DNA from: an uncultured Actinomycetes bacterium
GTDB taxonomy: Bacteria; Actinomycetota; Thermoleophilia; Gaiellales; Gaiellaceae
Length of the DNA stretch: 64,000 nucleotides
Assembly: GCA_963746635.1 (NCBI GenBank)
Contig: CAVVBZ010000036.1
Coordinates: 29,003-93,002 of the forward strand
Direction of reading: 5' to 3'
The first letter of the stretch is position 1; each line of letters opens with the position of its first letter. Both the position numbers and the translations under genes were made by a program. The notes beneath the pieces are model-generated. The model saw only the letters and a program-made list of their open reading frames with translations, was not told the origin of the DNA and did no database searches. Shown in pieces: positions 56,821 to 64,000 of the stretch.

Positions 56821-57339
56821 GTGGTCGCTGTGACCACGTTCAACCTCCGCACGCTCAAGCTTCGCTCCGGCGAGCAGTTCCGGGACGAGCGTGAGCTTCG
56901 GCTCGAGCCGCTCGAGCTCGGCGGCCAGCGCTATCTGCCGGTGCCCGAGACCGTGCCCGCGGAGCTGACGATCACACGCGCGTCGACGGGTACGGTGTTC
57001 GAGCTCGCCTTCCACGTCCGCCTGCACGGTCCGTGCTTCCGCTGCCTGGAAGACGCCGTGCTCGACCTGCCGATCTCGGGCCGCGAGTACCAGGCAACGG
57101 CACCCGAGGGCGACGACGAGCTGCGTACGCCCTATCTCGAGGACCACAGGCTCGACCTCGCGGCCTGGTCCCGGGACGCGCTCGCCCTGGGGCTGCCCGA
57201 CAAGATCCTGTGCCGTCCCGACTGCGCCGGTCTCTGCCCGGTCTGCGGCAAGAACCTGAACCGCGAGCCGCACGACCACGGCGAGCCCGAGCCGGACTCG
57301 CGCTGGGCAGCGCTGGCCGAGTTGAAAGACCGCCTCTAG
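56821..57339 (+). CDS. yceD: YceD/DUF177 family protein
   Basis: C-terminal CRPDCAGLCPVCGKNLN. GTG at 56821 is the first start after the upstream stop. Confidence 0.8.
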   Translation: MVAVTTFNLRTLKLRSGEQFRDERELRLEPLELGGQRYLPVPETVPAELTITRASTGTVFELAFHVRLHGPCFRCLEDAVLDLPISGREYQATAPEGDDELRTPYLEDHRLDLAAWSRDALALGLPDKILCRPDCAGLCPVCGKNLNREPHDHGEPEPDSRWAALAELKDRL

Positions 57340-57638
57340 TCGTCCTCGCCGTGGCCGCGGCCACTCCCACCACCACCACCCCCACCACCACCACCGTGAT
57401 CGTCCTTTCCGCCGGGGCTCGTGACGGTCGTCGGCGTAGGCGTCGAGGTGGTCGCGACCGAGGTCGTTCGGCGGGCTTGCCTGGGGCGAACCTGTGCGGG
57501 CGCCAGGCCTCGCTGGTGAAGCTTCGTCACGGGGAGGCCCACGGAGTCCCGCGAGACGTAATAGGCGGCTGCGCCGATCCCCGCGGCACAGACGAGCCCG
57601 GCGAGGGCGAGGGCGACGGTGGCGAGGACGCGGGACAT
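57336..57638 (-). CDS. small membrane-anchored protein with poly-Gly and an HGEDD C-terminus
   Basis: ATG at 57638 shares one base with the kinase stop (TGATG). TM segment VLATVALALAGLVCAAGIGAAAYY. Tail KDDHGGGGGGGGGGSGRGHGEDD. Confidence 0.55.
   Translation of the reverse strand: MSRVLATVALALAGLVCAAGIGAAAYYVSRDSVGLPVTKLHQRGLAPAQVRPRQARRTTSVATTSTPTPTTVTSPGGKDDHGGGGGGGGGGSGRGHGEDD
57366..57395 (-). repeat. (GGT)4-GGG-(GGT)4-GGG trinucleotide tract encoding Gly10
   Basis: The plus strand reads CCCACCACCACCACCCCCACCACCACCACC. Confidence 0.8.
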
Positions 57639-59012
57639 CAGTCGCGCTCCAGTGTAGGCGCGGCCGGGAAGCGTACTTCCGCCCTCGTGCCGCCCTCCGG
57701 CCGGTTCGCGAGCGTTGCGGTTCCTCGCCAGCGGCGCGCAAGCGTCTGGACGATCGCCAGGCCGAGCCCGGTGCCGCCACCGTCGGGGTGCCCGCGCGCA
57801 AAACGCTCGAAGAGACGATCCTCTTCGCCGGGCGCGAGGCCGGGGCCCTCGTCGACCACCGCCAGCCACGCCTCCCCGTTGTCAGCGTCCCCAGTCGAGG
57901 GTCACACGCGACGGCGAGTAGCGCAGCGCGTTCTCGATCAGGTTGTCGAGCAGGATCGCGACGTCCTCCTCGGAGGCCTCGATCGCCACCTCACCGTGCC
58001 CGGCGAGCTCGAGCTCCCGTCCCTCGCTCTCGGCCGAGGCCACCCAGCGCTCGTGCGCACGCTCCGCCGCCCGGGAGAGCGATACCGCCGTGCTCCTCCC
58101 GGGCTTGTCGCCTTCGCGTGCCAGCGTCAGCAGCGACGTCAGCAGCCGCGCGAGCCGCTCGACCTCGCGTTCGGCCGCCTCGAGCTCGGCCTCGGCCGCG
58201 GCGCCCTGCTTCGCCCGGGCCGCCTCGAGCCGCAGCCGCAGGCCGGTGAGCGGGGTGCGGAGCTGGTGCGACGCATTCGCGACGAACTCACGCTGCGCGG
58301 CGAGCACCGTGCCCAGCCGCTCTGTCATCTCGTTGAAGGCGGTCGCCACCTCGCGCGTCTCGGTCGGCCCCGTCTCTTCCGCGCGCGCGTCGAGGTCGCC
58401 CTGCTCGACCCTTCGCGCGGTTGCCGCGAGTCGCAGGAGCGGCTTCGAAAGCGACCCGGCCAGGATCCACGCCACGCCGAGGCCGATCAGCAGGGCGAAG
58501 GCGCCGATCGCGACGAGTGCCAGGATCCCCCGCCGGATGCGGGCGCGAACGGCGCTCACGCTCTGGGTCACGCGAACGGCACCGACGACCCGGCCAGCAC
58601 TCGTCACGGGAACAGCGGTGTAGAGCAGGTCCTGGCCGAGCGTGTCGCTGTGGCGCTCGCCCTGCGCGCGCCGGCCGGAGAGCGCGGCGCTGATCTCCGG
58701 CCGCGACGAGTACGGAAGCGCCCTCGGCGAGGCGACCGTCGAGTCGGCTCGGAGAACGCCGCGCGAGTCGACGACGATCACACGCGCGCCGAGGTCGCGT
58801 CCGGCGCTGTTCACGTAGCTCCTGAGCGCGCGCGCGTCGCTCATGCCGCCGGATGCGTTCGCCGCGACGATGAACGCCTGTGACGCGGCCTCGTTCCGGA
58901 CCTCCGCGTCGATCCGCCGGGAGAGGTTGAGCGCGAGCGGGATCTCGAGCGCGAGCAGGATCAAGAGCAGGACGTAGGCGAACGCCCCGAGGAGCCGTAG
59001 GCGGAGGCTCAT
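57638..59012 (-). pseudogene. sensor histidine kinase (two TM, HAMP, HisKA, HATPase_c), one +1 frame disruption
   Basis: ATGA overlap with the regulator gene. The H-box is FVANASHQLRTPL. The G1/G2 boxes (VVDEGPGLAPGEE, GTGLGLAIV) are in another frame. An extra base sits in the C-run at 57889-57892. Length is 3n+1. Confidence 0.8.
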
Positions 59013-59710
59013 GAGACCTCGTCGGGCGCCGAGAAGCGAAAGCCGACGCCGCGCACCGTGTGCACGTAGCGAGGCTTCGAGGGGTCGTCGCCGAGCTTGC
59101 GGCGGATCCCGCTGATGTGCACGTCGAGCGTCTTGGTCGAGCCGAACCAGTTCGTGTCCCACACCTCGTCGATCAGGCGCTCGCGCGTGACGACCGAGCC
59201 GGCGTTGCTTATCAGGAGGTGGAGCAGGTCGAACTCCTTGCGGCTCAGCTCGAGCGGCTCGTCGCGGAGGGTCGCCTCCCGTCTCGCCGGGTCGAGCCGA
59301 ACCTCTCCGACGACCCGGGCGGTCTCGTCAGCGGGCGGCGCGTCTGTGCGCCGCAGCACGGCGCGAATCCGCGCGACCACCTCGCGCGCGCTGAACGGCT
59401 TGACCACGTAGTCGTCGGCGCCGAGCTCGAGGCCCACGATCCGGTCGGACTCCTCGCCGCGGGCGGTCAGCATGATGATCGGCACCCGGGAGTCGCGGCG
59501 CAGCTCGCGGCAGACGTCGAAACCCGAGCCGTCGGGCAGCATCACGTCCAGCAGGACGAGATCGGGCTCCCGTCGCGCGAGCTCGAAGGCCTCGGCCACC
59601 GTGCCCGCGATCTCGGTGTCGAAGCCGTCGCGGTCCAGCGCCTCGGCGAGCGGCTCGGTGATCGAGCGCTCGTCCTCGACCAGCAGAATCAGTCGCCTGC
59701 GGCGACTCAT
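59009..59710 (-). CDS. OmpR/PhoB-family response regulator
   Basis: ILLVEDE, LVLLDVMLPDGSG, IIMLTA, DDYVVKPF. Winged-helix LSRKEFDLLHLL...YVHTVRGVGFRF. Confidence 0.9.
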   Translation of the reverse strand: MSRRRRLILLVEDERSITEPLAEALDRDGFDTEIAGTVAEAFELARREPDLVLLDVMLPDGSGFDVCRELRRDSRVPIIMLTARGEESDRIVGLELGADDYVVKPFSAREVVARIRAVLRRTDAPPADETARVVGEVRLDPARREATLRDEPLELSRKEFDLLHLLISNAGSVVTRERLIDEVWDTNWFGSTKTLDVHISGIRRKLGDDPSKPRYVHTVRGVGFRFSAPDEVS

Positions 59711-59800
59711 GGTCTCAATTGTTCCTGCTCAGAGCCCGAGACGGCAAAGACGGCCGAGGAGAGTTGGCCGCCTTCGCCGCTCGTGAGGGAGCCGTCGCAT

Positions 59801-60079
59801 CTAGTCGTCTTCGCCGTGGGAGCGCCCGCCGTGGTGGTTGTCGTGCCCGCGCTGGGCGTGCTCTCCGCGCTCGTGCGCCTGTTCGCGTGCGCTCTCATGG
59901 CCGCGCTGGGCGTGCTCTCGCCGTTCGAGCGCCTGATCGTCATGTCGCGTAGTGGTCATCAGGGGAGGTGTCGAGCGGATCGCCGGAGTACCGGCCGAGC
60001 CGAGGCTCGTGAGCGCGCCAGCGATCACGACGCCGGCCAGCAGAAGAGCCCCTCCGATGCCTGCCAGCACTTTCTTCAT
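59801..60079 (-). CDS. small membrane-anchored His-rich protein with an HGEDD C-terminus
   Basis: AGGAG Shine-Dalgarno. TM segment GIGGALLLAGVVIAGAL. Repeats EHAQRGHE/EHAQRGHD. Tail HHGGRSHGEDD. Confidence 0.55.
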   Translation of the reverse strand: MKKVLAGIGGALLLAGVVIAGALTSLGSAGTPAIRSTPPLMTTTRHDDQALERREHAQRGHESAREQAHERGEHAQRGHDNHHGGRSHGEDD

Positions 60080-60165
60080 CGCGTTGCTCCTTTCGTCGTC
60101 GTGTGATGCCTCAAGCCTTGCCTGTGGCGGGTTCGGGCCGGGCAGAACGAGGCGAGGATCGCGGC

Positions 60166-60185
60166 AAGCCTCGGTTAAGCCTTGG
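60166..60185. promoter_or_regulatory. 11-bp-phased direct repeat AAGCCTCGG-tt-AAGCCTTGG (third copy AAGCCTTG at 60113)
   Basis: Lies about 90-105 bp upstream of the first gene of the two-component operon. The phasing fits OmpR-family tandem sites. Confidence 0.3.
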
Positions 60186-60300
60186 CAAAAGCGGCTACGA
60201 TTCCGAGTGGCGCTCAGGCGCCGACCTATGCGGGCCTAACTGACGACATCACGGTTCTCGCGCCTTCGCGGCGCATCTCGTTCACTCGTCAGGAGGTCCC

Positions 60301-61746
60301 TTGCGCTCACACTCGATCACGCTCGTCGACGCCACCGTCTCGCACGGGGTCGCCGAGGTCTTCGCCGGCATCTCGCTCACGGTTGGTGCGGGCAGCCGGA
60401 TCGGCGTCGTCGGTCCGAACGGCGTGGGCAAGACGACGCTGCTCCGCCTGCTGGCCGGGCTCGAGGAGCCGGAGCGCGGTCGCGTCAGGCTGAGCCCGCC
60501 CGATCTCGCGGTCGGCTACCTGCCGCAGGAGCTAGACGCGCGCGCGGGCGAGACGCTGCGCGGGTACCTCGACCGGCGAACGGCCGCCTCCGAGACACGC
60601 GTTGCCTCGGTAGCGGCCGAGCTCGATCTTGCGGAACGGCTCGAGCAGCCACTCGAGACGTTCTCCGGTGGCGAGGCGGCGCGCGCGCGGCTGGCCGCGC
60701 TGCTGCTCGCTCGCTTCGACGTCTACTGCCTCGACGAGCCGACGAACGACCTCGACTTCGACGGGCTCGAACGGCTGGAGCGTTTCGTCGAGCGCGTGAG
60801 GGGCAGCGTGGTGCTGGTCTCGCACGACCGCGCCTTCCTCGACCGCACGGTCGACCGCATCGTCGAGCTGGAGGAGGGCACGCGCCGGCTGCGCGAGTGG
60901 CCAGGTGGGTGGAGCGAGTACGAGGCTGCGCGCGACCGCGCCCGCGAGCTGCAGTACCGACGCCATGGAGAGCGCGAGGAGCGGAGTCGCGAGATCAAGT
61001 CATTGCTGCAGGAGCGCCGCGGGCAGGCGCGGGCGCACGGCAAAGGCGCGGGGCGGCGCGGGACGCAGGCGCTCAAGTCGAAGGTGCGGCAGGCCGAGCG
61101 GTCGCTCGAGCGGCTCGAGGGCGTCGAGAAGCCGTTCGAGCCCTGGGAGCTGCGCCTCGAGCTCGAGCCCGGGGCGCGCGGCGGCGATCTCGTCGTCTCG
61201 CTCGAGCAGGCGGTCGTCGAGCGCGGCGGCTTCCGGCTCGGCCCGCTCGACCTCGAGCTCCACCGCGGCGATCGGCTCGCAATCGCCGGGCGGAACGGGA
61301 GCGGCAAGTCGACGCTGCTCGGGCGCGCTGACCGGCGCGATGCCGCTGGCCTCCGGGCACCGCACGCTCGGGCAGGGCGCAGTCCTGGGCGGGCTCGAGC
61401 AGAGCGCGGGACCGGTTCGCGGTCGACGAGCCGCTGGTCGAGGCGTTCGGCGGCCCGCCCGAGACCGCGCGCACGCTCCTGGCCAAGTTCGGGCTCGGCG
61501 CCGACGACGTGCTGCGCCCGGCCCGGACTCTCTCTCCGGGCGAGCGAACCAGGGCCCAGCTTGCGCTGCTCGCGGCCCAGGGGGTCAACTGCCTCGATCC
61601 TCGACGAGCCGACGAACCACCTCGACCTGCCGGCGATCGAGGAGCTCGAGGCCGCACTCGAGGGCTACCCGGGCACGATCGTCCTGGTCACGCACGACCG
61701 CCGCCTGCTCGAGGGCTTCGGGGCGACGCGCAGAGTGGAGCTCTGA
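60301..61746 (+). pseudogene. ABC-F family ATPase (two NBDs), three +1 frame disruptions that restore the original frame
   Basis: NBD1 has GPNGVGKTTL, LSGGE-like FSGGEAAR and LDEPTNDLD. NBD2 has GRNGSGKSTLL, then frame 2 (GALTGAMPLASGHRTLGQG), frame 3 (RDRFAVDEPL...LSPGERTRAQLA), and back to frame 1 (ILDEPTNHLD). Extra bases sit at about 61324, 61406 and 61595. Confidence 0.75.
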
Positions 61747-61754
61747 CCTCTGGC

Positions 61755-61760
61755 TATACT
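61755..61760 (+). promoter_or_regulatory. -10 box TATACT, 8 nt before the rpmF GTG (leaderless candidate)
   Basis: Near-consensus -10 box. No Shine-Dalgarno sequence. Confidence 0.45.
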
Positions 61761-61768
61761 CGCCGACC

Positions 61769-61957
61769 GTGGCCGTACCCAAGAAGAAGACGTCGAAGTC
61801 GCGTCGTGACAAGCGCCGGGCTACGCACCGGATCGAGGCGCCGCGACTGAATCTCTGCCCGCAGTGCGGCCATCCGAAGCAGCCGCACCGCATGTGCCCG
61901 ACCTGCAAGACGTACGCCGGCCGCGAGATCGAGCCGCTTCGGACTCCGGCGCCCTAG
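61769..61957 (+). CDS. rpmF: 50S ribosomal protein L32
   Basis: VAVPKKKTSKSRRDKRRATH...CPQCGHPKQPHRMCPTC. Confidence 0.9.
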   Translation: MAVPKKKTSKSRRDKRRATHRIEAPRLNLCPQCGHPKQPHRMCPTCKTYAGREIEPLRTPAP

Positions 61958-61961
61958 GCAC

Positions 61962-62960
61962 ATGATCCGCGTCGCGGTTGACGCACTCGGGGGCGACAAC
62001 GCTCCGGGTGAGGTCGTAGCCGGCGCGCTCGACGCAGCGTCGTCCACGATTCAGCCGGTGCTCTTCGGTCCGGCCGGGCTCGACACCGGCGGCCTCGAGC
62101 TCGTCGAGACGACGCAGGTCCTCGAGATGGACGACAAGCCGGCCGAGGCCGTTCGCGCCAAGCCGGACAGCTCGCTCGTCGCGGCCTGCCGCGCGGTCGG
62201 CGAGAAGCGCGCAGACGCGGTCGTCTCGGCCGGGAACACGGGCGCGATGCTCGCCGCCTGCTTCCTCGAGCTGCGGCGCCTGCCCGGTGTCGCGCGCCCC
62301 GCGATCGCGGTAGTGATGCCGACCAAGCGCGGCCCGTCGGTGCTGCTCGACTCCGGCGCGAATGCCGACGCGCGCCCGGAGCACCTCCTCCAGTTCGCCT
62401 ACATGGGCTCGGTCTTCGCGCAGGAGGTGCTCGAGCTCGAGAGCCCCGAGGTGCGGCTCCTCTCGATCGGCGAGGAGCCCGAGAAGGGAAACCAGCTCAC
62501 GCTCGAGGCGCACGCGCTGCTGGCCGCCGCGGACGGGCTCAACTTCGCCGGCAACACGGAGAGCCGTGACCTGATCCTCGGCGCAGCGGACGTCGTCGTG
62601 TGCGACGGCTTCACCGGCAACGTCGCGCTGAAGCTGATGGAGGGGACGATCAAAGGCGTGCTCGACGCGCTGCGCGAGGAGATCGGCTCGAGCTGGCGCG
62701 GCAAGGTCGGCGGCCTGCTCGTCCGACCGGTCGCCAGGCACCTCCGTGACAGGCTCGATCCGGAGACCTACGGCGGCGCCTACCTGCTCGGGCTGCGAGG
62801 GCTCGCCGTGATCGCCCACGGCAACTCGTCGCGCCGCGCGATCGCGAACGCGATCCGGCTCGCAGCGCGCGGCGTCGATCACGACATCGTCGGCAGGCTC
62901 GCGCAGCGCCTGCCGGAAAGAGTGTTAGCATCGGCGCGCTCTGAAACCCCCGGCAAGTGA
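61962..62960 (+). CDS. plsX: phosphate acyltransferase
   Basis: IAVDALGGDNAP, VSAGNTGA, DGFTGNVALK. Confidence 0.9.
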   Translation: MIRVAVDALGGDNAPGEVVAGALDAASSTIQPVLFGPAGLDTGGLELVETTQVLEMDDKPAEAVRAKPDSSLVAACRAVGEKRADAVVSAGNTGAMLAACFLELRRLPGVARPAIAVVMPTKRGPSVLLDSGANADARPEHLLQFAYMGSVFAQEVLELESPEVRLLSIGEEPEKGNQLTLEAHALLAAADGLNFAGNTESRDLILGAADVVVCDGFTGNVALKLMEGTIKGVLDALREEIGSSWRGKVGGLLVRPVARHLRDRLDPETYGGAYLLGLRGLAVIAHGNSSRRAIANAIRLAARGVDHDIVGRLAQRLPERVLASARSETPGK

Positions 62961-62966
62961 GGTCAC

Positions 62967-63212
62967 ATGGCGGCAACACGAGAGGAAGTCTTCGAGCGGG
63001 TCAAGGAAGTCCTGACGGAACAGCTCGGCGTGGACGAAAACGACGTCACCGAGGAAGCGTCCTTCCAGGAGGACCTCGACGCAGACTCGCTCGATCTCGT
63101 GGAGCTGATCATGGAGCTGGAAGACCAGTTCGGGATCAAGATCTCCGACGAGGACGCGCAGAAGATCCAGACCGTCGGGCAAGCGGTCGACTACGTCACA
63201 ACGCACCAGTAG
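62967..63212 (+). CDS. acpP: acyl carrier protein
   Basis: [21 protein letters not shown], with the phosphopantetheine serine. Confidence 0.9.
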   Translation: MAATREEVFERVKEVLTEQLGVDENDVTEEASFQEDLDADSLDLVELIMELEDQFGIKISDEDAQKIQTVGQAVDYVTTHQ

Positions 63213-63261
63213 CCGCGCCCCGGGCGGGAGGCCCGACGAGCTGACGAGGCTCATCGGCGAG

Positions 63262-63907
63262 TTGCCCGAGGCGCGACTCGTGAACGTCTTCACGCACAGC
63301 TCGTGGGCGCCCGACCGCGGGTCCTCGTACGAGCGGCTCGAGTTCCTCGGCGACAGCGTGCTCGAGCTCGCGATCGCGCAGGCGCTCTACGACCGGCACC
63401 CGGACTTCTCCGAGGGCCGGCTCGCCAAGATCCGCTCCCACGTCGTCTCGCGCGCGAGCTGCGCCGTCGTCGCCCGCGAGCTCGCGCTCGGCACGATGCT
63501 CGCGGAGCGGGGTGTGCGGTTGGCGCCCGCGGACGAGCTGGTCAAGCTCTCGCGCAACCGGAACGTCCTCGCGGCGCTGCTCGAGGCCTCGCTGGCCGCG
63601 CTCTACCTGGAGCACGGGTTCGAGGCGATCCAGGACGCGGTGGTCATGGCGTTCGACGGCCGGATCACCTACGCCTTGACGAGCCACGTCGACTACAAGA
63701 CCGAGCTCCAGGAGGAGCTGGCGCGCCGTGGGCCGCCAGGTCTCCTACACGGTGCGCGACGTGCAGGGCCCGCCGCACGACCGCGTCTTCACCTGCGCGG
63801 CCGTGATCGACGGCCAGGAGATCGGCTCCGGCACGGGCCGCTCGAAGAAGGCGGCCGAGCAGGCGGCGGCGCGAGAGGCGCTCGACCACCTCGACGCCGC
63901 CGCCTAG
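63262..63907 (+). pseudogene. rnc: ribonuclease III, one +1 frame disruption in the dsRBD
   Basis: The catalytic ERLEFLGDSVLE is in frame 1. The dsRBD (RQVSYTVRDVQGPPHDRVFTC...GRSKKAAEQAAA) is in frame 2. An extra base sits at about 63733. The start codon is uncertain (TTG 63262). Confidence 0.8.
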
Positions 63908-64000
63908 CGTCCGGCGGTCGTCCGGGAGGAGGAACCCGGGCGGTTCGCAGCGTTCCGTAGATCCCCACAACACGGATCAGCGGTCCCTCCGATGCGCGCG

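Overview
About 70% GC bacterial chromosome segment. Gene order suggests an actinobacterium (Thermoleophilia/Rubrobacteria-like), but that is an inference. Content is mostly densely packed core housekeeping genes: lpd, dnaE, lgt, scpAB, trpS, aroF-tyrA-aroA-cmk-der-gpsA, metK, priA-def-fmt-rsmB-rpe-ribD, ribE-ribBA-ribH, rpmB, fakA-like/DegV, recG-rsmD-coaD, yceD, rpmF-plsX-acpP-rnc. Small accessory patches lie between them: VapBC, an XRE/nucleotidyltransferase pair, two ECF sigma modules, an eRF1-like acVLRF1 gene, an ApbE/ferric-reductase/ferredoxin operon, and a two-component system bracketed by small His/Gly/acidic-tailed exported proteins. I recognised no rRNA, tRNA, CRISPR array, transposase or integrase. 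Structure not explained by genes: (1) a family of ~130-bp intergenic elements bounded by the palindromic 13-mer GGGGTCTGACCCC, three copies; (2) a collinear conserved intergenic motif in two clear copies; (3) a 640-bp hairpin-rich spacer with a duplicated terminator-like module; (4) many genes with a TAnnnT box 6-9 nt before the start codon, suggesting leaderless mRNAs; (5) five convergent gene pairs sharing stop codons in the palindrome CTAG; (6) 12 single-base frame disruptions in 8 otherwise intact genes, plus one more in a truncated helicase remnant. The frame disruptions are mostly +1 insertions and include housekeeping genes, so consensus error is more likely than real decay. All calls rest on reading the translations and DNA by eye. 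No database search was run.
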